From Candidatus Sulfomarinibacteraceae bacterium (GTDB lineage Bacteria > Acidobacteriota > Thermoanaerobaculia > Thermoanaerobaculales > Sulfomarinibacteraceae): a DNA stretch of 64,000 nt. The stretch lies in the NCBI GenBank assembly GCA_963796455.1, contig CAWCLO010000005.1, forward strand, positions 128,001 through 192,000, read 5' to 3'. The notes below the pieces were generated by a model that saw only the letters and a list, made by a program, of their open reading frames with translations, was not told where the DNA came from and searched no databases. Position 1 is the first letter of the stretch; each line of letters starts with the position of its first letter. The position numbers were made by a program, and so were the translations under genes. Below, in pieces: positions 1-10,094 of the stretch.

Positions 1-4
1 AGAA

Positions 5-1078
5 ATGGCTGAAGAACGCATCACTGATATCGGACCCCCACATTACGAACAGTTCCTCCCGCCGGTCATCAAGGACAACTATGGCAAATGGGACCACCAC
101 GAGATTCTCCGCCCCGGCGTCATGGTTCACGTAGGTGAGACCGGCGACAAGCTGTTCACCGTACGTGCCGCCTCGCCGCGGCTGCTTGCGATCACATCGA
201 TCCGCGAGTTCTGCGACATCGCCGACAAATACTGCGATGGTTACCTGCGGTTCACGAGCCGCAACAACGTCGAGTTCCTTCTGAGCGACGAAGCGAATGT
301 CGATCCGCTGGTCAAAGACATCGAAGCGCTTGGCTACCCGATCGGCGGCATGGGCAACGCCATCTCGAACCCCGTCCACACCCAGGGCTGGGTGCACTGC
401 CACTCGTCGGCCTCCGATGCCTCGGGTGTCTGCAAAGCTCTCATGGACGAGCTCATCGGCCGCTTCACGAGCATGGAACTGCCGGGCAAACTCCGTCTGG
501 CATACGCCTGCTGCCTCAACATGTGCGGCGCGGTCCACTGCTCGGACATCGCGGTCCTGGGTGTTCACACCCGTGCTCCGGTGATCGATCACGCCGACCT
601 GCCGAAGATGTGCGAGCTCCCGACCCTCGTCGCTTCGTGCCCGACCGGCGCCATCCGTCCGGCCACCGTCGACGGCATCCAGTCGATCGAGATCGTCGAA
701 GAGCAGTGCATGTACTGCGGCAACTGCTACACGGTCTGCCCGGCGGTGAAGATCAACAATGCCGAGACCGATGGCATCTCGATCTGGGTCGGCGGCAAGG
801 TCTCCAACGCCCGCTCGACACCGAAATTCTCGAAACTCGCGATTCCCTTCATTCCCAATAATCCGCCGCGTTGGCCCGAAGTGGTCGAAGCGGTTACCAA
901 GATCGTGAACGTCTACGCCGAAAATGCGCGCAAACACGAGCGCATGGGCGAGTGGATCGAGCGTATCGGTTGGCCGAAGTGGTTCGAACTCAATGATCTC
1001 GAGTTCACCAAGTACCACATCGACGACTTCAAACACGCCGGCGAGACCTTCACGAGGACGGCGCAGCTGCGCCACTAG
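5..1078 (+). CDS. dsrB: Dissimilatory sulfite reductase beta subunit
   Basis: 357 aa; N-terminal [31 protein letters not shown] siroheme/FeS motif, ferredoxin [24 protein letters not shown]. Confidence 0.98.
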   Translation: MAEERITDIGPPHYEQFLPPVIKDNYGKWDHHEILRPGVMVHVGETGDKLFTVRAASPRLLAITSIREFCDIADKYCDGYLRFTSRNNVEFLLSDEANVDPLVKDIEALGYPIGGMGNAISNPVHTQGWVHCHSSASDASGVCKALMDELIGRFTSMELPGKLRLAYACCLNMCGAVHCSDIAVLGVHTRAPVIDHADLPKMCELPTLVASCPTGAIRPATVDGIQSIEIVEEQCMYCGNCYTVCPAVKINNAETDGISIWVGGKVSNARSTPKFSKLAIPFIPNNPPRWPEVVEAVTKIVNVYAENARKHERMGEWIERIGWPKWFELNDLEFTKYHIDDFKHAGETFTRTAQLRH

Positions 1079-1087
1079 GAGGACACC

Positions 1088-1321
1088 ATGGCTGAGGTCA
1101 CGATCGATCAGATCGCAGACGCCATGTTCGAACTGGTCAAATCGACCTATGGCAAGAAAAACCTGAAACCAATGGACGTTACCAAGGCGATGATTGAAGA
1201 TTTCGGCGACGATGCGGTGGACAAGAAGATGTGCAAAAAGGCCTTGCGCCAGCTCATCGACTCCGGCCGCTGCACCTACAAGTATGCCGGCGGCAGCTAC
1301 GTGACGCTTCCAGAAGACTGA
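1088..1321 (+). CDS. dsrD: DsrD-like winged-helix protein
   Basis: 77 aa basic protein directly after dsrB; RBS AGGAGG; KKALRQLIDSG..Y..GGS pattern resembles DsrD but is divergent. Confidence 0.72.
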   Translation: MAEVTIDQIADAMFELVKSTYGKKNLKPMDVTKAMIEDFGDDAVDKKMCKKALRQLIDSGRCTYKYAGGSYVTLPED

Positions 1322-1330
1322 GCGCTGATC

Positions 1331-1364
1331 ACTCCCCCGGGCGCGAGCCCGGGGGAGTATTTTT
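1331..1364 (+). terminator. Intrinsic terminator / stabilising hairpin after dsrD
   Basis: ACTCCCCCGGGC-GCGA-GCCCGGGGGAGT 12 bp stem with GNRA loop, followed by ATTTTT. Confidence 0.8.
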
Positions 1365-1393
1365 CGCGCCGCTACGAACCACGGAGGACGAAA

Positions 1394-1837
1394 ATGGGAG
1401 AGAAGAAACTTTCGGGCCCGGAACGGGCGAAGTTCGCAGTTGACGTACTGCGGCAGTGGCAGGGCATCGAACGAGATGCCATCGAGACGACCGCCCAGAT
1501 CATGGAGAAGACCGACAACCTCCTGATCCGCCAGGTCATGGAGATCATTCGTAACGACTCGGTCCAGCATCACCGGGTGCAGCAGTTCCTCATCGACAGC
1601 ATCACCAAGACGCCTGTCACTCTGAACCGCGATGAAATCGCCGAGGTGTGGGGACAGATCGAGGCGCACGATGAACTCGAGCGGCAGACGATCGCTCTCG
1701 CCAACCAACTCCTCGAGCAGACGACCGACCCGGTGCAGAAAGTCCTGCTCAACTACCTCCTTCACGATGAGGAAAAGCACGACGGGATTCTCGGGGAGCT
1801 CGACGAGTTGAAGAAATACATGGCCAAGATCTCCTGA
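1394..1837 (+). CDS. Ferritin/rubrerythrin-like four-helix protein, function unknown
   Basis: 147 aa, helical, duplicated E...D/ExxH pattern (IERDAIE...NDSVQHH; LERQTI...HDEEKHD); RBS GGAGGA. Confidence 0.65.
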   Translation: MGEKKLSGPERAKFAVDVLRQWQGIERDAIETTAQIMEKTDNLLIRQVMEIIRNDSVQHHRVQQFLIDSITKTPVTLNRDEIAEVWGQIEAHDELERQTIALANQLLEQTTDPVQKVLLNYLLHDEEKHDGILGELDELKKYMAKIS

Positions 1838-1869
1838 GGCGGATTGAGCCGGGAATAGAGGAGTAGTAA

Positions 1870-3606
1870 ATGGGTCTGCTGAAAAAGAAGGACAAGAAAA
1901 AGTCCAGCAAAATGACTGCACGCATGAGCGGATCGGGGGGCAGTTCAGCCCTTTCGTCGCTCCGGCCGAGGTACGTGGAAAGCCTTCCGCCGTGTTCGGG
2001 CAATTGCCCCAGCGGCAACGATATCCGCGGCTGGCTGACCGTCATCAGTCTGCGCGAAAAGTTGGGCCTGAGCCTCGACGAAGCGTGCGAGCAGGCGTGG
2101 CGCATCGAAATGGAGACAAACCCCTTCCCGTCGGTGATGGGGCGGGTATGTCCTCATCCCTGTGAGACAGGTTGCAACCGCGGTCAGAAAGACGGCCCGG
2201 TCGGAATCAACTCGGTGGAAAGGTTTATTGGCGACTACGCCATCGACCACGACCTCAAAGCAGAAGCCATCGAGGGTGAGGGTGCCAAGGACCAGAAGAT
2301 CGCCGTGATCGGCGGCGGGCCCTCCGGACTCTCCTGCGCCTACCAGTTGGCCCGTCGCGGGTACAAGGTGACGGTCTTCGAAGGCCTGCCGAAGGCCGGC
2401 GGCATGCTCCGTTATGGAATCCCCGTCTATCGTCTGCCGCGGGAGATCCTCGATGCCGAGATTCAGCGTATCGTCGATCTCGGGGTCGAGCTCAAATGCG
2501 ACACCAAAATCGGTAAGGACGTAAGCTTCGAGGATATCCGCAAAGAATACGCCGCAATCTATGTCGCGATCGGCGCCCACCAGGGCAAAAACCTCGGCAT
2601 CCCTGGAGAAGACGGCCCCGGCATCTGGACCGGTACCGAGTTTCTCAATCACGCCAACTCCGGCAAAGAGGTCGATCTCGGCACCAAGGTGATCGTGATC
2701 GGTGGCGGCGACACCGCTGTCGATGCGGCCCGTGTTTCCAAGCGCCTCGGTTCGGATGCGGCCTCGATCGCGTCCAAAATGGGGGCCGAAGTCACCATCC
2801 TTTATCGCCGGACCCGGACCGAGATGCCGGCCATCGAGCGCGAAATCGAAGAGGCGATCGAGGAGGATATCCATATCGAGTTCCTCGCAGCGCCGCACGA
2901 GATTCTGCGCGACGACGACGGCAAAGTTCGCGCCATGGTGGTCCAGCGCATGGAGCTCGGCGAGCCCGATGATTCGGGTCGCCGGCGCCCGGTCGCCATT
3001 GAAGGCGACACCTATGAGATCGAGGTCGAGACCGTGATCACCGCGGTCAGCCAGAAACCCGATCTTGCGGCCGTCAAATCGACGGAATTGGGCGACGGTT
3101 GGCTCAATGGCGACGAGTGGGGCTTTACCGGCATCGACGGCATCTGGACCGGCGGTGACAACATCAATCTCGGTATCGCCACCACCTCGATCGGCCAGGC
3201 CAGCAAGGCGGCTGATGCGATCCACGCCCACCTGCAGGGCACGACGCCACAGGAGGTCCAAGAGGGCGAAATGATCCGTGCCGAAAAGCTCAAGCTTGAT
3301 TGGTACCCACCGGCAGAACGCAAACAACGACAGGTCAAAGCGCCCGAAGATCGCTTGGCGAACCCCTTCGACGAGGTCGATCTGGGTTTGTTGGCCGAAG
3401 ATGCGCTGGCCGAAATCGACCGCTGTTTCAGTTGCGGCAGGTGCTTCGGTTGTGAAAACTGCTGGATGTACTGCCAGAACAGCGTATTTAGCAAAACAAA
3501 AGTAGTCTCCCCCGGAAACTTCTTTGAAATCAAGAAGATGGAGATGTGCGACGGGTGCAAGAAGTGCTGGGAAGAGTGCCCGTGCGGTTACATCGTGGGT
3601 GAGTGA
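1870..3606 (+). CDS. dsrL: DsrL, iron-sulfur flavoprotein NAD(P)H oxidoreductase
   Basis: 578 aa; PPCSGNCP, GRVCPHPCETGCNR, two GxGxxG-type Rossmann motifs, YRRTR, C-terminal RCFSCGRCFGCENCWMYC and CDGCKKCWEECPCG ferredoxin; dsr context. Confidence 0.93.
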   Translation: MGLLKKKDKKKSSKMTARMSGSGGSSALSSLRPRYVESLPPCSGNCPSGNDIRGWLTVISLREKLGLSLDEACEQAWRIEMETNPFPSVMGRVCPHPCETGCNRGQKDGPVGINSVERFIGDYAIDHDLKAEAIEGEGAKDQKIAVIGGGPSGLSCAYQLARRGYKVTVFEGLPKAGGMLRYGIPVYRLPREILDAEIQRIVDLGVELKCDTKIGKDVSFEDIRKEYAAIYVAIGAHQGKNLGIPGEDGPGIWTGTEFLNHANSGKEVDLGTKVIVIGGGDTAVDAARVSKRLGSDAASIASKMGAEVTILYRRTRTEMPAIEREIEEAIEEDIHIEFLAAPHEILRDDDGKVRAMVVQRMELGEPDDSGRRRPVAIEGDTYEIEVETVITAVSQKPDLAAVKSTELGDGWLNGDEWGFTGIDGIWTGGDNINLGIATTSIGQASKAADAIHAHLQGTTPQEVQEGEMIRAEKLKLDWYPPAERKQRQVKAPEDRLANPFDEVDLGLLAEDALAEIDRCFSCGRCFGCENCWMYCQNSVFSKTKVVSPGNFFEIKKMEMCDGCKKCWEECPCGYIVGE

Positions 3607-3627
3607 GGTCAACGGGCGGTTGAGCCG

Positions 3628-5031
3628 ATGCGTGTCAAGGTTCCTCGATTAGTTGTCGCCGGGCTCTCCGGTGACAGCGGCAAGACCCTGGTCAGTCTGG
3701 GTCTTGCCAGGGCCTTGGCGGATCGTGGGCTCAAGGTGCGGCCTTTCAAAAAGGGGCCGGACTATATCGACACCGCGTGGCTCGGTGTTGCGGCTCGTTC
3801 AACCTGTCGGAATCTCGACACCTTCCTCATGAAGGATGAGGCCATGGCGGCTTCGCTCAGCCAAGCCGCGCAGGATGCGGACCTCATTCTCGTGGAGGGC
3901 AACCGCGGCCTCTTTGACGGTGTCGATGTTGAAGGAAGCCACTCGACGGCCATGTTGGCCCGTCGAATGGCCGCGCCGGTGGTGTTGGTCATCGACTGCA
4001 CCAAAATGACGAGGACCGCTGCTGCGCTGGTCATGGGCTGCAGAGCCATGGATCCAGAGCTCGACCTCGCCGGCGTGATCTTGAATCGGGTCGGTTGCGG
4101 ACGCCACGAAACAATCGTTCGTGAGTCGGTGGCCGGCATCGCAGGGACCCCGGTTCTGGGCGCCATCCGCCGAATCAGGGGTGACGATCCGCTGCCGGGG
4201 CGGCACCTCGGGCTGGTGACCGCTGCGGAGCACCCCGACCCCGAGGAGGCGGTGCAGCGCGCCGCCAAGGCGGTGGTCGACGGGGTCGATCTCGATCGAC
4301 TGCTCGCTGCAGCCGAGTGGGCTCCCGAGTTGGAGCTCGTGCCTGCCGACAATCCTGTCGTGCAGGTTCCGGTCAGCATTGCGTATTTCGAAGGCGAAGC
4401 CTTCAGCTTCTATTACGCCGAAAACCTCGAGTTGCTGCGCGCTTCGGGCGTGCAGCTGGTGCCGGTGGACCCGGGCAGTGCCAGCGAGCTTCCCGAGGCC
4501 GACGGTCTCTATATCGGTGGTGGTTTCCCTGAAGTTCACGCAGCGCGTCTCGGAGCGAACTCCGCCTTTACCGAAAGCGTGCGTGCCCGTGTTGTAGCCG
4601 GTATGCCGGTTTACGCCGAGTGTGCCGGGCTCATGTATCTGGCTCGCGAATTGGTAGTCGACGGTGTGCCGCACCCGATGTCCGGCATTTTGGACCTCGT
4701 CGTCGAACAACGACCGACACCGCAAGGCCATGGTTACGAGGTCGCTGTGGTGGATCGGGACAATCCGTTCTTTCCTGCCGGGGCTCGACTGGTAGGTCAC
4801 GAATTTCATTACTCGAGAATCATGAATGCCGGGGGCGGGGATCGGACCGTCCTTCGGCTGGAACGTGGCACCGGTATCGGCGATGACCGCGACGGCATCG
4901 TCGAGGGACGTGTCTGGGCTTCTTATCTTCATCTCCACGCCAGAGCGACGCCCGAATGGGCGGACGGCTTTCTCGCTCTCGCCGCGAAATTCGCGGCCGA
5001 GCGGGGTGATCCGACGGCCGTATGCGGGTGA
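3628..5031 (+). CDS. dsrN: DsrN, siroheme amidase (cobyrinate a,c-diamide synthase family)
   Basis: SGDSGKT, FKKGPDYID, VEGNRGLFDG, GGGFPE, YAECAGLMYL, GHEFHYS; dsr context. Confidence 0.92.
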   Translation: MRVKVPRLVVAGLSGDSGKTLVSLGLARALADRGLKVRPFKKGPDYIDTAWLGVAARSTCRNLDTFLMKDEAMAASLSQAAQDADLILVEGNRGLFDGVDVEGSHSTAMLARRMAAPVVLVIDCTKMTRTAAALVMGCRAMDPELDLAGVILNRVGCGRHETIVRESVAGIAGTPVLGAIRRIRGDDPLPGRHLGLVTAAEHPDPEEAVQRAAKAVVDGVDLDRLLAAAEWAPELELVPADNPVVQVPVSIAYFEGEAFSFYYAENLELLRASGVQLVPVDPGSASELPEADGLYIGGGFPEVHAARLGANSAFTESVRARVVAGMPVYAECAGLMYLARELVVDGVPHPMSGILDLVVEQRPTPQGHGYEVAVVDRDNPFFPAGARLVGHEFHYSRIMNAGGGDRTVLRLERGTGIGDDRDGIVEGRVWASYLHLHARATPEWADGFLALAAKFAAERGDPTAVCG

Positions 5032-5537
5032 AGGAGGAAGTGATGGAAATGCTCCGGCTTGGCGACTCGCAGGGTCTCGAACGGATGGTCGGGGAGAGAC
5101 CTTCCAGCGTTCGTTTCCTCCAGGGTCGACTGTGGGACACAGATCCCTTGATTCGCGGCCGCGCGGCGGCAGCGATCGGCGCGGCGGCCTCGTCGCACCC
5201 GGATCTAGGGCTCGAGATCCTGCGGCGTGCCCTGTGGGCGCTCAACGACGAGTCGGCCACCAACGGTTCCTACATGTTGCCTGCAATCGGCGAAATCGGC
5301 CGACGGGCACCGGATCTGGTCGTTCCATTTGTCGGTCCGATGACGGGCTACCTGTGGGACGAAGGTCTGCGACCGGGCATTTTGAGAGCTCTCTGCCGCA
5401 TCGCAGAGGTTGCGCCCGAGCTGGTCGAGGAAATCCGTGATCGGCTGCCGGATATCGACGGAATCAACGATCCCGGAGAGCGAGCGGATCTCGAGTACCT
5501 GCTCTCCGTGAACAGGGAGGGTGCGAATGAACAATGA
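5028..5537 (+). CDS. HEAT-repeat protein (DVU0298-like)
   Basis: RRALWALNDES...AIGEIG motif; overlaps dsrN stop; start uncertain (5022/5028/5043). Confidence 0.65.
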   Translation: MKEEVMEMLRLGDSQGLERMVGERPSSVRFLQGRLWDTDPLIRGRAAAAIGAAASSHPDLGLEILRRALWALNDESATNGSYMLPAIGEIGRRAPDLVVPFVGPMTGYLWDEGLRPGILRALCRIAEVAPELVEEIRDRLPDIDGINDPGERADLEYLLSVNREGANEQ

Positions 5538-6120
5538 AAGCCAGCGCAACCGTTTGGAGCGCTGTATGAGAGACGTGGAGGAGCATCCCGAACAGGCCTC
5601 CGCATATCACAACCTCGGCCTCGCCTACACCGTGTCGGGCCGAGTCAAAATGGCCGAGGAAGCCTATCAGAAGGCCCTCGAGTTGGACCCGTCGCTCTAC
5701 CAGGCGTGGGTCAACCTCGGCGGCGTGAAATTGATGCGGTGGGAGTTCCAGGGATGCCTCGATGCAAACCAGGAAGCCGTAAAACTCCGGGATGATATCC
5801 CGATCATCCACTACAACATGGGTCAGGCCTATCTCTATCTCAACGATCCCGAAAACCTGGTGCAGTGCAATCTGCGGGTTCTCGAGTTGGACAGGAATCA
5901 CGCCCTCGCCCACTACCACGCGGCGGTCGGCTACATGGCTCTGGAAAACATCGGCGCCGCCGAACGTCACCTCGGCCGTGCGATCGAACTCGGCCACCGT
6001 CCGACCCAGGACTTTGTCAAGGCCATGGAAAAGGCCACTCTTAAAAAGCAACGTGAGAAAAACGTCACCATGATCGAACTGAGCGGGGCTGAAACCCCGG
6101 AAAACACAAAGGAGGACTGA
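5527..6120 (+). CDS. Tetratricopeptide repeat protein
   Basis: AYHNLGLAY, AWVNLG, IHYNMGQAY, AHYHAAVGY TPR units; RBS GGGAGG. Confidence 0.85.
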   Translation: MNNESQRNRLERCMRDVEEHPEQASAYHNLGLAYTVSGRVKMAEEAYQKALELDPSLYQAWVNLGGVKLMRWEFQGCLDANQEAVKLRDDIPIIHYNMGQAYLYLNDPENLVQCNLRVLELDRNHALAHYHAAVGYMALENIGAAERHLGRAIELGHRPTQDFVKAMEKATLKKQREKNVTMIELSGAETPENTKED

Positions 6121-6121
6121 A

Positions 6122-6439
6122 ATGGCACTTTTCGAGCAAGGGAATGTTTCAATCGAAGTCGACGAAGACGGTTTCATGCAGGAGCCGGAAAACTGGAACG
6201 AAGAGGTTGCGGCCGCGCTCGGCGAGACCGAGGGTGTTGACAGCCTGACCGACGATCACTGGAAGGTCGTCAACTATCTGCGCGACTATTACCTGCAGTT
6301 CGGTGTTGCGCCGATGATCCGCAAGCTCTGCAAGCAGACCGGATTCCAGCTCAAGGAGATCTACGAGCTGTTCCCGTCGGGCCCCGCGAAGGGCGCCTGT
6401 AAGGTCGCCGGCCTGCCCAAACCGACCGGCTGCGTCTGA
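6122..6439 (+). CDS. dsrC: DsrC sulfur carrier
   Basis: 105 aa; DEDGFM, HWKVVNYLR, C-terminal GPAKGACKVAGLPKPTGCV with both conserved Cys. Confidence 0.97.
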   Translation: MALFEQGNVSIEVDEDGFMQEPENWNEEVAAALGETEGVDSLTDDHWKVVNYLRDYYLQFGVAPMIRKLCKQTGFQLKEIYELFPSGPAKGACKVAGLPKPTGCV

Positions 6440-6452
6440 GATCAATCCGCCG

Positions 6453-6480
6453 CCGCCCCCGTCGTTTTTGACGGGGGCGG
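6453..6480 (+). terminator. GC-rich hairpin after dsrC (no U-tract)
   Basis: CCGCCCCCGTC-GTTTTT-GACGGGGGCGG perfect 11 bp stem. Confidence 0.6.
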
Positions 6481-6507
6481 TCATGCGGTATCACTCGAGA
6501 TATTTGC

Positions 6508-7035
6508 GTGAAACACGCAGCACTCGCACGTCATCGACAAGCCATCGTCGATAGTTGGGTCGAGATGGTCATTTCCAGCTATCCGGAGAAAACCGGAGAG
6601 TTTCTCAGGGGACAGACCGACAGGTTCTCGAACCCGGTCGGAGCCGGTCTCCAGGAGGGGCTTGACGAGATCATCGACGGGCTCTCTCAGGGACGTCAGC
6701 CGGCGGAGCTCGAACCGGCATTGGATCTGGTGATCCGAATCCGAGCGGTCCAGGATCTGTCGCCGGCGGAGGCCGTGGGATTTGTTTTTGATCTCAGGCC
6801 CATCATCGAGAAGGTCCTCGGAGAAGATTCGGGGACCGGCGGGAAAGACGAAATCGACCTCGGGACGACGATCGATCGTCTCGCGCTCGCTTCATTCAAC
6901 GTCTATATGAAATGTCGTGAGCAGATGTGGTCGATACGTGCCAAAGAGATTCGTAATCAGTCGCTCGGAATTATGGAGCGCATGCAGGCGTGGCGGGAAC
7001 GCCGCGCCGAAGAATCGGAGAACACACCGCGATAA
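6508..7035 (+). CDS. dsrT: DsrT (RsbRD N-terminal domain protein)
   Basis: DRFSNPVG, IRIRAVQDLSP.EAVGFVF.L, F..YM.CRE motifs; lies before dsrM. Confidence 0.88.
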   Translation: MKHAALARHRQAIVDSWVEMVISSYPEKTGEFLRGQTDRFSNPVGAGLQEGLDEIIDGLSQGRQPAELEPALDLVIRIRAVQDLSPAEAVGFVFDLRPIIEKVLGEDSGTGGKDEIDLGTTIDRLALASFNVYMKCREQMWSIRAKEIRNQSLGIMERMQAWRERRAEESENTPR

Positions 7036-7087
7036 GACGGTGTGTCTCCTGGTCTGAAGGGACCGAGAGGAAGGAGGGATTGAACGC

Positions 7088-8086
7088 ATGGGAGCGTTGA
7101 TATCTCTAGTTGCGGTAGCCATTTTGGTTCTGCTTGCCGCGGTGGGGGCGAGCGCGGGCGGCAGCCTGCAGTTCTTCCTCGGGGTTGTTGTCCCCGGGGT
7201 GGCCTTCGCCGTTTTCCTCGGTGGGATCATCTATCGGGTGATTCATTGGGCAAAATCTCCTGTTCCGTTCCGGATTCCGACCACGAGTGGGCAAGCGAAG
7301 TCCCTCCCGTGGATCAGAAACAACGAGTTGGAGGCGCCGAGCGGCCTCCCGGGTGTCATCGGTCGGATGGCCCTCGAGGTCCTGTTCTTCCGTTCGTTGT
7401 TCCGCAACCACAGGGTCGAGCTCTTGCCGGCCAAGGAAAAGGTGAACTACATCTCCGACAAGTTGTTGTGGGCGGCGGCCATGGCATTTCACTGGGCCAT
7501 GCTGATCGTCGTTCTGCGCCACTTCCGGTTCTTTGTCGAGCCGGTTCCTTACTGGGTGGAGCTCCTGCAGCAGTTTGACGGCTTCTTCCAGGTGGGTCTG
7601 CCGGTGTTCTACATCACCAGCTTCCTCCTCCTCGGTGGGCTCTTCGTACTGCTTCTCAGGCGTCTGTTCGATGCCAAGGTGAAGTACATCTCATTGCCTA
7701 CGGATTATTTCGCCCTTTATCTCCTGCTCGGTATCGCCATCACCGGCATCATCATGCGCCATGTGGAAAAGGTCGATGTGGTCCAGGTCAAGGCGGCGAT
7801 CGTCGGATGGGCCTCCCTCCAGCCCGTGGCTCCGGTGGGAGTTGGATTGTGGTACTTCGTACACGTCTTTTTGGTCAGCGCACTGCTGGTCTATTTCCCA
7901 TTTTCAAAGCTGTTGCACGCGCCCGGCGTGTTCTTGAGCCCAACCCGCAATCTCGCCAACAGCAACCGTACCCACCGTCATATCAACCCGTGGAACCCCG
8001 ACATCCAAGGCCACTCGTATGCCGAGTGGGAGGACGAGTTCCGCGACAAGTTGAAGGCGTCTGGCTACGCGCTGGAGAAGGAGTGA
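7088..8086 (+). CDS. dsrM: DsrM membrane cytochrome b
   Basis: PVPFRIPTTSGQ.KSLPW, FHW...LRH, YFPFSKLLH, PTRNLAN..R. Confidence 0.95.
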   Translation: MGALISLVAVAILVLLAAVGASAGGSLQFFLGVVVPGVAFAVFLGGIIYRVIHWAKSPVPFRIPTTSGQAKSLPWIRNNELEAPSGLPGVIGRMALEVLFFRSLFRNHRVELLPAKEKVNYISDKLLWAAAMAFHWAMLIVVLRHFRFFVEPVPYWVELLQQFDGFFQVGLPVFYITSFLLLGGLFVLLLRRLFDAKVKYISLPTDYFALYLLLGIAITGIIMRHVEKVDVVQVKAAIVGWASLQPVAPVGVGLWYFVHVFLVSALLVYFPFSKLLHAPGVFLSPTRNLANSNRTHRHINPWNPDIQGHSYAEWEDEFRDKLKASGYALEKE

Positions 8087-8089
8087 GCC

Positions 8090-9712
8090 ATGGCGGAAAA
8101 AACGCCTCAAGAACTGATTCAAATCGACCTCACTCCGCCGACCCGCGACTGGATGAATCCTTCAGTTGATTTCGAGGCGCGGCGGGGCACGTGGTCCTAT
8201 CCGACCGCGACGAAGAACCTCGAATACATGGGCATGCCCAACCCGCGCGAATGGTCCCCGACCGACGCCGATTGGAAGCTGCCGGAGAACTGGCAGCAGA
8301 TCATCCACGACGGGTTCAAAGACCTGTTGAAGAAGTACCGGACCCTCGAGGTCTTCATGGACATCTGTGTGCGCTGCGGTGCGTGCGCCGACAAATGCCA
8401 CTTCTTTATCGGTTCGGGTGATCCGAAGAACATGCCGGTCCTGCGCGCCGAGCTGCTGCGCTCGGTCTATCGCCAGGACTTCACCACCGCCGGCAAGATT
8501 CTCGGTCGTCTCGCCGGTGGGCGGGAGCTTACCGAAGAGGTGCTCAAGGAGTGGTACTACTACTTCTTCCAGTGCACCGAGTGCCGTCGATGCAGTGTCT
8601 ATTGCCCCTATGGCATCGACACGGCTGAGATCACCATGATGGCGCGTGAACTCATGAATCTGGTCGGTCTCAACATCAACTGGATCATGGAACCCGTGGC
8701 CAATTGCCAACGCACCGGCAATCACCTCGGCATCCAGCCACACACCTACAAGGACAACGTGGAGTTCCTGGTTGACGAGCTCGAAGAAGTCACCGGCCTC
8801 AAGATCGATCCCCCGATCAACCGTAAGGGCGCCGAGGTCCTCTTCGTGATTCCGTCGGCGGACTACTTTGCCGATCCGGGCACCTACACCTTTGTCGGTT
8901 ATCTGATGCTCTTCGAGCACATCGGCCTCGACTACACCCTGAGTTCCTATGCCTCTGATGGCGGGAATTTCGGCATGTTCAACTCCGCCGAAAACCTCAA
9001 ACGGCTCAACTGGAAGATCTACCACGAGGCCAAGCGTCTCGGTGTCAAGTGGATCCTGGGTGGTGAGTGCGGCCACATGTGGCGGGTGATGCACCAGTAC
9101 ATGAACACCATGAACGGTCCTGCGGACTTTCTCGAGGTCCCCAAATCGCCGTTCACCGGGACCGTTTTTGACAATGCAGCCTCGACCAAGATGGTTCATA
9201 TCTGCGAGTTCACCTCGGATCTGATCAAGAACAACAAACTCAAGTTGGACCCGAGCCGGAACGATCGTTTCCGGGTCACCTATCACGATTCGTGCAACCC
9301 TGCGCGTGCGATGGGTCTGCTAGAAGAACCGCGCTATGTGATCAAGAGCGTGTGCAACCACTTTGTCGACATGCCTGAAAACACGATTCGGGAGAATACC
9401 TTCTGCTGCGCAGGAGGTGCGGGTCTCGGTAACGACGAAAACATGGAGATGCGGATGCGAGGCGGTTTGCCGCGAGGCAACGCCGTGCGCTGGGTCAGGG
9501 ACCACAACGACGTCAACCGTCTCGCGTGCGTTTGCGCAATCGACCGTGCCACGTTGCCGCCGCTGGTCGAGTACTGGTCGCCCGGTGTCGATGTCAGCGG
9601 GGTCCACGAATTGGTGGGCAACGCTCTGATCATGGAGGGCGAAAACGACCGGACTACCGACCTCCGTGGTGAGCCCCTGGTGGCAGAGGTGGAGGGACAG
9701 GACGATGTATGA
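8090..9712 (+). CDS. dsrK: DsrK iron-sulfur (CCG-domain) subunit
   Basis: CVRCGACADKCH, CTECRRCSVYCP, GECGH, YHDSCN, FCCAGG, CAID. Confidence 0.96.
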   Translation: MAEKTPQELIQIDLTPPTRDWMNPSVDFEARRGTWSYPTATKNLEYMGMPNPREWSPTDADWKLPENWQQIIHDGFKDLLKKYRTLEVFMDICVRCGACADKCHFFIGSGDPKNMPVLRAELLRSVYRQDFTTAGKILGRLAGGRELTEEVLKEWYYYFFQCTECRRCSVYCPYGIDTAEITMMARELMNLVGLNINWIMEPVANCQRTGNHLGIQPHTYKDNVEFLVDELEEVTGLKIDPPINRKGAEVLFVIPSADYFADPGTYTFVGYLMLFEHIGLDYTLSSYASDGGNFGMFNSAENLKRLNWKIYHEAKRLGVKWILGGECGHMWRVMHQYMNTMNGPADFLEVPKSPFTGTVFDNAASTKMVHICEFTSDLIKNNKLKLDPSRNDRFRVTYHDSCNPARAMGLLEEPRYVIKSVCNHFVDMPENTIRENTFCCAGGAGLGNDENMEMRMRGGLPRGNAVRWVRDHNDVNRLACVCAIDRATLPPLVEYWSPGVDVSGVHELVGNALIMEGENDRTTDLRGEPLVAEVEGQDDV

Positions 9713-10094
9713 CGCCTATAAGATCGTCGCCGGCCTCGCCGTCTTCGTGATCCTCGCGACCTCGCCCCTGTGGTTCAACGCCTTGAGCGCTGCGCCGCCT
9801 GACAAACCGGAGCTGCAAGGGCCTCCAAATGGTTCGACCGAATGCGTCGAATCGGCGGAGTTCATGCGTGCGAATCACATGGATCTTCTCGATACCTGGC
9901 GTGACCAGGTGGTTCGCGAGGACCTTCGCGATTACACATCGACGGCCTCCGGCGAGACCTTTGATATGAGCCTCTCCAATACCTGTATGGACTGCCACTC
10001 CAACAAGAGTCAGTTCTGCGATTCCTGCCACACCTTTTCGGCGGTGACGCCCTATTGCTGGGACTGCCACGTGGCCCCTCAGGAGGCTTTGTGA
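9705..10094 (+). CDS. dsrJ: DsrJ triheme cytochrome c
   Basis: N-terminal TM/signal, CVES..MRANH, three CxxCH (CMDCH, CDSCH, CWDCH); start moved to ATG 9705. Confidence 0.93.
   Translation: MYDAYKIVAGLAVFVILATSPLWFNALSAAPPDKPELQGPPNGSTECVESAEFMRANHMDLLDTWRDQVVREDLRDYTSTASGETFDMSLSNTCMDCHSNKSQFCDSCHTFSAVTPYCWDCHVAPQEAL

Noticed and set aside
1945..3612. Long antisense ORFs (also 8162-9286, 10770-11978, 27120-28682, 50450-51619, 52073-53890, 58890-60695)
   Set aside because: Shadow frames opposite well-supported genes in GC-rich DNA; no recognisable motifs.
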